Part shown: positions 40,646-47,092 of the stretch, piece by piece
Layout: the number at the start of each line of letters is the position of its first letter
Numbering within the stretch: the first letter of the stretch is position 1
DNA from: an uncultured Clostridia bacterium
GTDB lineage: Bacteria > Bacillota > Clostridia > Christensenellales > UBA1242
Length of the DNA stretch: 47,092 nt
Assembly (NCBI GenBank): GCA_947626155.1
Contig: CANQRC010000003.1
Location: 1-47,092 of the forward strand
Direction: 5' to 3'
Position numbers and translations under genes: made by a program
The notes under the pieces: generated by a model
What the model saw: only the letters and a program-made list of their open reading frames with translations
What the model was told of the DNA's origin: nothing
Database searches by the model: none

Positions 40646-41899
40646 ATGAAAACAAAAAAGAGGAAAAAATCTTTTGGGGTTGTTGAAGGGGAATTCAAAA
40701 CTCCCCAGCCAAGCGCCGAGGACAAACTTATAAAAGATTTTACGCAACTTTTATATTATCAGCGAAAGCAAAAAAACAATTTGCTTGGAGATTTTGCGGA
40801 CGGGAAATATGACATCAGGGACGAAAACATTTTAAAAGCCCTAATAAAACTGCCAAAGAAGTTTGAAAATCAAGAGGGAGATTCAATATATGTTTCTTCG
40901 AGGCTGGACGACTTTGTTTTAAATTTTAGAATTGACATGGATGTTTCCTACTCATATTGTGACGCTCGAATTTGGCTTATAGAAATTGAAAATGGCGCGG
41001 AAGAAGACATAAAACACCTCACTCAACTGGACCGAATTGTGGAAATTTATTCCCAGGAATTTAGGCAGAAAACCCTTGATGGCTGGAATGTTTATTATGA
41101 TGACCAACAAATTGAAATTGACCAATATTTAAAAAACTTTTTGAGGATGCAACGCGAAGAATATTTGTTCAGCCAAGAACTTGTTGCCATTTTGTCTCAG
41201 CTATATCTGGTTAGGATGCTAAAACTTTTTGACACACTTGGGGAGGACGGCGAAAAACTTAAAATGGAATACAGAAAGTTGATGGAAGAGAAGCTCAGCG
41301 CCGACCCATCACTTTCCCAAGACTTTGCTTTTCAAAAAGAGGTTTTGGACTATGTGATCATGAAAAACAACGCCTTGCCAGAAATTTTGAAGACGGCAGA
41401 GGGCAAGGCGGTGCTTGAGGGCTACATCAAGCCCATCACAAACATCAAAGAGAAGAGGTTTGAGACAATCACCGAGGACGCCAAGGCAGAGAAAAAGCAG
41501 GAAAAGAAAACCGTTGCCGCTGCCAAGCCAAAGGTTAAATCTGGCGGCTCAAAGACGGTCACAAAGCCAACGCCAAAAATTGATTATGGAAAAATATTTG
41601 GAAAAGATGCTCCAAAATTTTCAGCTCCAAGCCCAGTTGTTACGGTTGTCATTCCAGAAATTACTCCAAAGAAGGGAGCGCCAACTGTTGCGCCACCTAC
41701 AAAAGAGCCACCTCTCCGCGGAATTCCCACGCCATCAGCAAAAACTCCACCAGCCGAAAGAAAGCCTTTGCCTGGCGTAGGTGGTGGTCTTGGTGCGGAA
41801 CCTGAAGCCGAGTTGGGTGGCGAGGAGAAAGAATTGGGCACCGAAGAAAAAGGCAAACCACCAAAGACATTAGATGGTGGATTAGGAAAGCCTCTTTAA
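40646..41899 (+). CDS. hypothetical protein with Pro/Lys/Gly-rich disordered C-terminal tail
   Basis: The ORF runs from ATG 40646 (the track's TTG 40631 lies inside the -10 box). There is no signal peptide. The last ~130 aa are low-complexity (KPKVKSGGSKTVTKPTPK...APPTKEPPLRGIPTPSAKTPPAERKPLPGVGGGLG...). Confidence 0.6.
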   Translation: MKTKKRKKSFGVVEGEFKTPQPSAEDKLIKDFTQLLYYQRKQKNNLLGDFADGKYDIRDENILKALIKLPKKFENQEGDSIYVSSRLDDFVLNFRIDMDVSYSYCDARIWLIEIENGAEEDIKHLTQLDRIVEIYSQEFRQKTLDGWNVYYDDQQIEIDQYLKNFLRMQREEYLFSQELVAILSQLYLVRMLKLFDTLGEDGEKLKMEYRKLMEEKLSADPSLSQDFAFQKEVLDYVIMKNNALPEILKTAEGKAVLEGYIKPITNIKEKRFETITEDAKAEKKQEKKTVAAAKPKVKSGGSKTVTKPTPKIDYGKIFGKDAPKFSAPSPVVTVVIPEITPKKGAPTVAPPTKEPPLRGIPTPSAKTPPAERKPLPGVGGGLGAEPEAELGGEEKELGTEEKGKPPKTLDGGLGKPL

Positions 41900-41918
41900 T
41901 TTGAATTTCACAAAAAAA

Positions 41919-41946
41919 ACAAGTGTTTTGACACTTGTCTTTTTTT
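41919..41946. terminator. bidirectional intrinsic terminator
   Basis: ACAAGTGT (41919-41926) pairs with ACACTTGT (31-38 of 419xx, i.e. 41931-41938), 4-nt loop. It is flanked by an A-run upstream and a T-run downstream, between convergent genes. Confidence 0.65.
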
Positions 41947-41952
41947 ATAATT

Positions 41953-42426
41953 TTACCAACGCCTTTTTGCTTCGCCTGTGTAGTTTGTGATTGGATTTGG
42001 AGAATTTTTTTGAACATATCCGCATTCCCTAGCCGTTTCATAGTTCTTGGCAATGCAATCTCTTAATGTGTCTTCCCATTCTTTTTCCAATGTTTCGATT
42101 TTGTAATTTGAATTTAAAGAACGGTTGTAAAGTTTAAGGAGTTCGTCTCTATCTGGAACATACATAGGCTTTCCTTGTCTTGCAAATCCCGAGAAATATT
42201 GGTTTATCTGAGAATTGAAAAGTTCTGACAAATTGCCAAGAACCTTTTTTTGATCTGAGGTTAATGGACCTCTGACAAAAATAGCGAAAGTTGAGTCATA
42301 ACGCAACAAATCATTTCTTAAAGCTCTAGCAATAAAAGCAAGTTTTGCAACCTCTTCTCCATCCTCATCCAATACTAATTCAGCAAGAGGTTTTGTGTCT
42401 GTAATTTTTTTTGTATATATTGACAT
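41953..42426 (-). CDS. hypothetical 157-aa protein
   Basis: ATG 42426 is preceded on the minus strand by an AAGGAG SD (MSIYTKKITDTKPLAELVLDEDGEE...). The track's longer start at 42540 lacks an SD. No family recognised. Confidence 0.6.
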   Translation of the reverse strand: MSIYTKKITDTKPLAELVLDEDGEEVAKLAFIARALRNDLLRYDSTFAIFVRGPLTSDQKKVLGNLSELFNSQINQYFSGFARQGKPMYVPDRDELLKLYNRSLNSNYKIETLEKEWEDTLRDCIAKNYETARECGYVQKNSPNPITNYTGEAKRRW

Positions 42427-42545
42427 TTTTCTTCTCCTTAATTTTTTAGTTGTCCTTATTATAACATGAAATTTTTTATTTGTAAATACCCTTTTTAAAA
42501 ATTTTTGCATATTTTTGGCTCTATTTTGCAAGATATTCATAAGTT

Positions 42546-44063
42546 ATGGGCAAATTTAGGTCAAATTTGGGGGTTAGCACCCTCGTTTTGCTTGTAAGTG
42601 GCTTTGTTTGCAAAATTCTTGGGGCGCTTTTTCGCCTGCCGCTTACAAATCTTATTGGTGTGGAGGGGATTGGCGTCTTTCAACTTGTCATGTCGCTTTA
42701 CTCTTTTGCCCTCGTTTTGACCTGCGGAGGGGTGAGCGCAACCCTCTCAAAACTTATTGGCTCGGCGCGCGCAAAAGGGGATTATCAAAAAATTGACTCT
42801 TATCTTCTTCGCGCAATTTTTGTCTGCTGCGGAATTGGGCTTGTTTTGGGCGGAATTTTTTTGATTTTTGGAAGACTTATTTCCTCAATCCAAGGCATTG
42901 ACGCGGGCGGAAGTTATCTGTTTTTTATCTTGCTTCTTCCCCTCGGGGCGCTTTTGGCTTGTTTTAGGGGCTTCTTTCAGGGCTTTGAAAATATGTTTCC
43001 AACCGCCATAAGCCAGGTTTTGGAACAGGTTTTCAAGTTTGCGCTTGGGCTTTTGTTTGCCGTTTTGTTTGGGCGTTTTGGCGTTTCCGGCGGCGTTTTT
43101 GGCGCATTTTTGGGAATTGTGCTGAGCGAAGTGGTGGCTTTTGCCTACATCTTTTTTGTTTATCTCAGGAAGAAAAGTGGCAAGATGCATTATATTAAAG
43201 AGGTGAGAAGGGAATTTGACGGCGCAAATTTTTTGCTGACCGCCTCGGCGTCTGTTGTGCCGCTTACAAACGCCCTTGACGGACTTTTTATTGTCAGCAG
43301 GCTGACTCGCGCAGGGATTTTTAGCGAAATGGCAACAAAGCTTTATGGCCTGCAAACGGGAATTGTTGGCACAATCCTAAATTTTCCGCTCATCATCTCC
43401 ATGGCGCTTACAACCGCTTTTTTGCCCAATGTTTCTTATGCGATTTCACGCGGCGTGGGCGGAAAGTTTGAGCGCGGGCTGAAAATTTTGTTGTTTCTCA
43501 TCCTTCCAACAACTTTTGGAATGCTTGCCATCTCACGGCCGCTGATTTCTTTGCTTTACACAAATCTTTCGCCCGAACTTTTGAATAAGGCGTTTGATTT
43601 GATGGTCTTTGGCGCATTTTCAGTGATTTTCACGGCGCTTATGCAGTATTTTATCATGCTTTTGCAGGCAAACGGGCAGTTTAAATTCATTTTGCTCAGC
43701 ACCGCCGTTGGAGGGGCGCTGAAAGTGGCTTTAACATTCTTCCTTTCCGCCGTTCCGTCAATAAACATCTTTGCTCTTCCGCTTGGGAATCTGATTTTGG
43801 CGGGAGTTGTCAGCGTTTTGTCCGTTTGGAAAATCAAAAAACTTGCAAACTTTTCCCTTCCTTTTGGCGAGGCGTTTGCCCTTATTTTTGGCACGCTTTT
43901 GATGTTCCTCGCCGTTTACACGTTCATAAAGTGCGAATATTTCAGCCCCGCGCTAAACATTTTGTTTGGCATTGCCCTTGGCGGGCTCGTTTATGGCTTT
44001 TTCACGCTGCCGTTCACAATAAAGCTTGGCGTTTTCAAAAAACGCGAAAAAAAAGAGGTTTAA
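42546..44063 (+). CDS. MOP-superfamily flippase (MurJ / SpoVB-like polysaccharide biosynthesis protein)
   Basis: 505 aa, roughly 14 hydrophobic segments. The N-terminus LLVSGFVCKILGALFRLPLTNLIGVEGIGVFQLVMSLYSF is typical of SpoVB/YtgP-type proteins. Confidence 0.75.
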   Translation: MGKFRSNLGVSTLVLLVSGFVCKILGALFRLPLTNLIGVEGIGVFQLVMSLYSFALVLTCGGVSATLSKLIGSARAKGDYQKIDSYLLRAIFVCCGIGLVLGGIFLIFGRLISSIQGIDAGGSYLFFILLLPLGALLACFRGFFQGFENMFPTAISQVLEQVFKFALGLLFAVLFGRFGVSGGVFGAFLGIVLSEVVAFAYIFFVYLRKKSGKMHYIKEVRREFDGANFLLTASASVVPLTNALDGLFIVSRLTRAGIFSEMATKLYGLQTGIVGTILNFPLIISMALTTAFLPNVSYAISRGVGGKFERGLKILLFLILPTTFGMLAISRPLISLLYTNLSPELLNKAFDLMVFGAFSVIFTALMQYFIMLLQANGQFKFILLSTAVGGALKVALTFFLSAVPSINIFALPLGNLILAGVVSVLSVWKIKKLANFSLPFGEAFALIFGTLLMFLAVYTFIKCEYFSPALNILFGIALGGLVYGFFTLPFTIKLGVFKKREKKEV

Positions 44064-44101
44064 AAAGTTTTCAAATGTTCAACATCTTTTTGGAGGAGAA
44101 T

Positions 44102-44374
44102 ATGAATAGAACAGAATTTGTGGAGATTTTAGCCAAGAAAACAAAACTTTCAAAAAGCAAGTGCGACCAATTTTTAAACACCTTCAAAGATAGCATTTTG
44201 GATGTTTGCTCCAAGGGCGAGGAGGTGACAATAAGAAATTTTGGAAAGTTTTGTCTGCAAGAGAAGGGCGAGAGGAAATATAGAAATCCCCAAACAAAAA
44301 GGATTTATGTTTCAAAGCCAAAAAAGTTTATTGCCTTCAAGGGCTTCAAAAGTTTCAAATATGGCGTAAAATAA
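44102..44374 (+). CDS. hup: HU-family DNA-binding protein
   Basis: MNRTEFVEILAKKTKLSKSKCDQFLNTFKDSI...VTIRNFGKFCLQEKGERKYRNPQTKRIYVSKPKKFIAFKG. GGAGGAG SD. 90 aa. The track ORF from 43826 is an out-of-frame read-through of the flippase 3' end. Confidence 0.9.
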   Translation: MNRTEFVEILAKKTKLSKSKCDQFLNTFKDSILDVCSKGEEVTIRNFGKFCLQEKGERKYRNPQTKRIYVSKPKKFIAFKGFKSFKYGVK

Positions 44375-44399
44375 AAACATTGAAAACACACAGGCGGAA

Positions 44400-44435
44400 A
44401 AATCTAAATCTCAAAGGTTTAGATTTTTATTTTTA
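44400..44435 (+). terminator. intrinsic terminator after hup
   Basis: AAATCTAAA (44400-44408) pairs with TTTAGATTT (44418-44426), followed by TTATTTTT. Confidence 0.6.
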
Positions 44436-44442
44436 ATATGGG

Positions 44443-44472
44443 TTGATTTTGTCCCATGTGCTTTGTTATAAT
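44443..44472 (+). promoter_or_regulatory. promoter of the four-gene wHTH/Cys-rich/GIY-YIG-like/mini-FtsZ unit
   Basis: TTGATT (44443-44448), 18 nt, TGtTATAAT (hexamer 44467-44472), then an AAGGAGGGG SD and ATG 44490. Confidence 0.55.
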
Positions 44473-44489
44473 GTTTATAAGGAGGGGAA

Positions 44490-44762
44490 ATGAAGAAATC
44501 CAAAAAACTTATTATTTTGTATGTCTATGACGCGTTAAGATATGGAAGTGCTGAAGACTGTTTGTTGCATCAAACAAAAATGGCAGAGCAAATAAGCAAA
44601 TTTTGTGGCGTGCCATGTGACAGAAAAACAATTGCGCGCAACATCAACTATCTTCGTGAATATGGCTGTGACATAGTGACAATTAAGGGCAAGGGCTGTT
44701 ATATGAGGTCGTATCCGTGCCTTGGACAAACTATATTTATAAAAAAGAAAAACAATGTTTAA
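44490..44762 (+). CDS. small winged-helix-turn-helix DNA-binding protein
   Basis: 90 aa. KKLIILYVYDALRYGSAEDCLLHQTKMAEQISKFCGVPCDRKTIARNINYLREYGCDIVTIKGKGCYM resembles the N-terminal wHTH of DeoR/WYL-type regulators (R-K-T-I-x-x-x-I-x-x-L-x-x-x-G-x-x-I). Confidence 0.55.
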   Translation: MKKSKKLIILYVYDALRYGSAEDCLLHQTKMAEQISKFCGVPCDRKTIARNINYLREYGCDIVTIKGKGCYMRSYPCLGQTIFIKKKNNV

Positions 44763-44773
44763 GGAGGAAAGCT

Positions 44774-45067
44774 TTGGAGCCAATTCGACCATTTATAATG
44801 CCACTCTATAAATGCAAAAAATGCGGCAAAATTATTTGTGAGCCGCAGTTGAAATCATTTTGTTTTACTTATGGAGATTATAAGTGTTGCGGGCGCTGGT
44901 GTTTGTGTGAAGATTGCATTTTGCAAGGGGCAACAAAGCCCAAAAGCGCATATTTTACAAAAACGGTTTTGAGCAAAAATTTTGCTGTGTTTTTGAAGGA
45001 ATTGGCGGAAATAATTTCTCAATTTAAAGTGAATGTAGAAGACGTTTTTTATGAGGAGGAAAAATGA
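44774..45067 (+). CDS. Cys-rich (zinc-ribbon-like) small protein
   Basis: TTG 44774 lies 6 nt after AAGGAGG (44761-44767). The alternative ATG 44798 lacks an SD. There are nine Cys in 36 residues: CKKCGKIICEPQLKSFCFTYGDYKCCGRWCLCEDC. The stop overlaps the next ATG (ATGA). Confidence 0.5.
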   Translation: MEPIRPFIMPLYKCKKCGKIICEPQLKSFCFTYGDYKCCGRWCLCEDCILQGATKPKSAYFTKTVLSKNFAVFLKELAEIISQFKVNVEDVFYEEEK

Positions 45068-45531
45068 AAAAAGAATTTTTTAACCAGTGTTTTGAGTTTG
45101 GAGGAACAGTAGGAAATTTGCACGAAGATAAGGGCAACTATAATGGAATTTATATGATTGTTCTTCCAGACAATTTTGGCAAAATTGGCTTTGAAAAACA
45201 AAGCAAATTGAAAATTTGGAGAGGCGAAGAGGTTTCAGTTCCAGTGGAAACGCTTCAGGAAAAATGGGTTGAAAATGCAGAAGTTTTGTATATAGGAAAA
45301 TGTTCTTCAAAAACAAAAACCGCAAAAAAACTTGTTTTAAAGCATATTGCTTTTTGGAACGGGAAAAATGTTTCGGCTTATGGCGGCAAAGTTATTGGGC
45401 AAATACAAAATTTTGACAATTTGCAGGTGTGGTATTTGGAGTGTGACAATCCTTCACAAATGAAGGACAGGCTGTTAAATGCGTTTGAAGAGCAATATGG
45501 AAATTTGCCTTTTGCCAATTGGCAACATTAA
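45064..45531 (+). CDS. GIY-YIG-like nuclease-superfamily protein (tentative)
   Basis: NGIYMIVL ... VLYIGKCSS ... KKLVLKHIAFWNG ... YGGKVIGQI ... LQVWYLE ... MKDRLLNAFEEQYGNLPFANWQ. GAGGAGG SD. The GIY-to-YIG spacing (~45 aa) is unusually long. Confidence 0.45.
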   Translation: MKKEFFNQCFEFGGTVGNLHEDKGNYNGIYMIVLPDNFGKIGFEKQSKLKIWRGEEVSVPVETLQEKWVENAEVLYIGKCSSKTKTAKKLVLKHIAFWNGKNVSAYGGKVIGQIQNFDNLQVWYLECDNPSQMKDRLLNAFEEQYGNLPFANWQH

Positions 45532-45540
45532 GGTGGCGCT

Positions 45541-46170
45541 GTGGAAAACCCTGTTGGCAACAAAAAAATCAGTCTTGTTGGCATTGGCGACTATGGAATC
45601 AGCGTGATAAGAGATTTTGGCGGAAACCTTTTAAATGTTGAGTGCCTAGAAATGAACACGGATTGGGCTTTTATGAACATAGGCGGCAATACTTTTATAA
45701 AAATTGGCACAAAAACAACGCTTGGAATGGGCGCAGGCGCGCTTGCAGCTGTCGGCGAAAAGGCGACAGAAGAAGACAAGCAAACAATAACTGACAGTTT
45801 AAGCGGCTCTCAACTCTTGCTTATTGTCTCGGGGCTTGGCGGCGGAACGGGTTCTGGTGCGTCGCCTGTGGTTGCAAGCATAGCAAAAAAATTAAATATT
45901 CCCACCATTGCTTTTGTCACAACGCCACCCAAATTTGAGGGCGAAATTAGGCGTCACAATGCACAGTCGTCCATTGATAAACTAAAAAAGATTGTGGATG
46001 TTTTATTTTCATTTCCAAGCGAAAGTTTGGAGGCTGGCATTGTGTTTAATGAGACGGACAAAGCTATCAAAAAAAGCATTCTTGAGGTGTTAAATTTGAT
46101 TGATTTGGAGGCGACAAAAAACAAAACAATCCAAGAAATTTTGGAAGAGATTGAATTTAAAAATTTTTAA
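45541..46170 (+). CDS. FtsZ/tubulin-superfamily paralog consisting of the N-terminal GTPase domain only (209 aa)
   Basis: GTG start 4 nt after AGGTGG. It is colinear with the FtsZ N-domain: ISLVGIGDYGISVI (degenerate T1), NTD, IKIGTKTTLGMGAGA, LLLIVSGLGGGTGSGASPVVASIAKK (tubulin signature), IAFVTTPPKFEGE, DVLFSFPSESL. It ends after the H7-like helix, so there is no T7 loop or C-terminal domain. Confidence 0.75.
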   Translation: MENPVGNKKISLVGIGDYGISVIRDFGGNLLNVECLEMNTDWAFMNIGGNTFIKIGTKTTLGMGAGALAAVGEKATEEDKQTITDSLSGSQLLLIVSGLGGGTGSGASPVVASIAKKLNIPTIAFVTTPPKFEGEIRRHNAQSSIDKLKKIVDVLFSFPSESLEAGIVFNETDKAIKKSILEVLNLIDLEATKNKTIQEILEEIEFKNF

Positions 46171-46180
46171 TGTGAGCGTT

Positions 46181-46213
46181 AAAAAAAATTGGGAGAAATT
46201 GCCCAATTTTTTT
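46181..46213. terminator. bidirectional intrinsic terminator
   Basis: AAAAAAAATTGGG (46181-46193) pairs with CCCAATTTTTTT (46202-46213), 8-nt loop. It lies between the mini-FtsZ stop and the convergent asnS stop. Confidence 0.7.
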
Positions 46214-46221
46214 ATAAGATA

Positions 46222-47092
46222 TTAATATTTGCAGTTGTTTGGGGTTCTTGGGAATGGAATGACGTCGCGGATGTTTTTCATGCCTGTTACATACATGATA
46301 AATCTGTCAAAGCCCATGCCAAAGCCGCTATGTTTGACGCTTCCAAACTTTCTCAAATTCAAGAACCACCAATAGTCCTCCTCTTTAAGCCCAAGTTCGT
46401 GAATTCGGTTGATTAAAACGTCATAGCGTTCTTCCCTTTCGCTTGCGCCGCAAAGTTCGCCAATGCCCGGAACAAGCAAGTCAGTTGCCTTAACCGTTTT
46501 GTTGTCGTCGTTAAGGCGCATATAAAATGCCTTGATTTCTTTTGGATAGTTGTAAACAAACACAGGGCGCTTATAAACCATTTCGGTCAAATATTTTTCA
46601 TGTTCAGTTTGAATGTCGCAGCCCCACTTAACCTTAAACTCAAAGTTTTTGTTGTTTTTTGAAAGCTCTTCAATGGCGGTGTCGTAAGTTATTCTTGCAA
46701 ATTCGCTATCAGCCACATTGTGCAGTTTTTTAAGCAAGCCCTCTTCAACAAATCCGTCAAAAAGTTCAAGTTCGTCTTTGCACTTGTCAAAAAGGTAGTT
46801 TATAACAAATTTCACCATTGCTTCCATGATGTCCATGTCGTCAAAAAGTTCAGCAAACGCCATTTCTGGCTCTATGTGCCAAAATTCGTTTAAGTGCTTG
46901 ACGGTGTTGCTGTTTTCAGCCCTAAAAGATGGGCCAAAAGTGTAGATGTTTCCAAAAGCCAGCGCAAACGCCTCGCCTTCAAGTTGGCAGGAAGGGGACA
47001 GGAACACTTTTCCGCCCAAAAGTTCGTCCTCTGGCTTTAACTTTTTGCCAGAATAGATGTCCTGCGTGCTGACCTTAAAAAGTTCGCCAGCG
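46222..47092 (-). CDS. asnS: asparagine--tRNA ligase, C-terminal part (5' end outside window)
   Basis: Class II motifs: AGELFKVST..., FRAENSNTVKHLNEFWHIEPE, GFGMGFDRFIMYVTGMKNIRDVIPFPRTP. The minus-strand frame stays open to nt 47092. Confidence 0.9.
   Translation of the reverse strand, partial: AGELFKVSTQDIYSGKKLKPEDELLGGKVFLSPSCQLEGEAFALAFGNIYTFGPSFRAENSNTVKHLNEFWHIEPEMAFAELFDDMDIMEAMVKFVINYLFDKCKDELELFDGFVEEGLLKKLHNVADSEFARITYDTAIEELSKNNKNFEFKVKWGCDIQTEHEKYLTEMVYKRPVFVYNYPKEIKAFYMRLNDDNKTVKATDLLVPGIGELCGASEREERYDVLINRIHELGLKEEDYWWFLNLRKFGSVKHSGFGMGFDRFIMYVTGMKNIRDVIPFPRTPNNCKY

Noticed and set aside
41415-42053. Overlapping ORFs in other frames and on the other strand across the 3' end of the 417-aa gene (41415-41780 +, 41584-41856 -, 41697-42053 -).
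   Set aside because: They coincide with the Pro/Lys/Gly-rich low-complexity coding stretch, where biased composition keeps several frames open. None has an SD or an independent signal. They are compositional artefacts.
45541-46170. The mini-FtsZ as a pseudogene fragment of a disrupted ftsZ.
   Set aside because: It has its own SD and start codon, sits last in a tightly coupled operon and is followed within 11 nt by a strong terminator and then asnS. No FtsZ C-domain-like sequence appears in any frame downstream, and the divergence in the T1 loop suggests long independent evolution. I cannot fully exclude this without genome context.
1-47092. Scan for CRISPR arrays, rRNA/tRNA genes, IS elements, integrases, prophage genes and long inverted or direct repeats.
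   Set aside because: I recognised no repeat-spacer periodicity, no cloverleaf-like or rRNA-like conserved stretches in the few intergenic regions, and no transposase or integrase motifs in any ORF. A covariance-model or ISfinder-type search would be needed to be certain.

Overview
This is a 47.1-kb low-GC chromosomal segment, coded almost entirely on the plus strand. It most likely comes from a spore-forming Bacillota (Clostridia-like) bacterium. The evidence for that is spmA/spmB, ricT(yaaT), a SpoVB/MurJ-like flippase, a DUF1540 protein, and holB-ricT-yabB and tatD-rsmA gene order resembling the Bacillus origin-proximal region. Recognisable housekeeping genes are typA, dnaB, gltX, trpS, uppP, a Ca-type P-type ATPase, holB, ricT, an NPPY methyltransferase, tatD, rsmA, rplI, hup and a partial asnS. 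I saw no rRNA, tRNA, CRISPR array, transposase or integrase. Three things stand out. (1) A single uninterrupted 18,570-nt gene (11495-30064, about 6,189 aa, 39% of the window) encodes a signal-peptide-bearing, C-terminally membrane-anchored surface protein. It is built from GLUG-like beta-helix heads, Listeria-Bacteroides-type repeats and MBG-like (YDG/YG) repeats, and a related gene is cut by the left window edge. (2) A compact four-gene unit (44443-46213), bounded by a promoter and terminators, encodes a small winged-HTH protein, a Cys-rich zinc-ribbon-like protein, a GIY-YIG-like protein and a 209-aa FtsZ paralog that has only the N-terminal GTPase domain. I regard this as the best candidate for an undescribed system. 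(3) Five genes share the same layout, a near-consensus sigma-A-type promoter ending exactly 6 nt before an ATG with no Shine-Dalgarno, which implies systematic use of leaderless mRNAs. All family assignments come from motifs read by eye in the translations; no searches were run.
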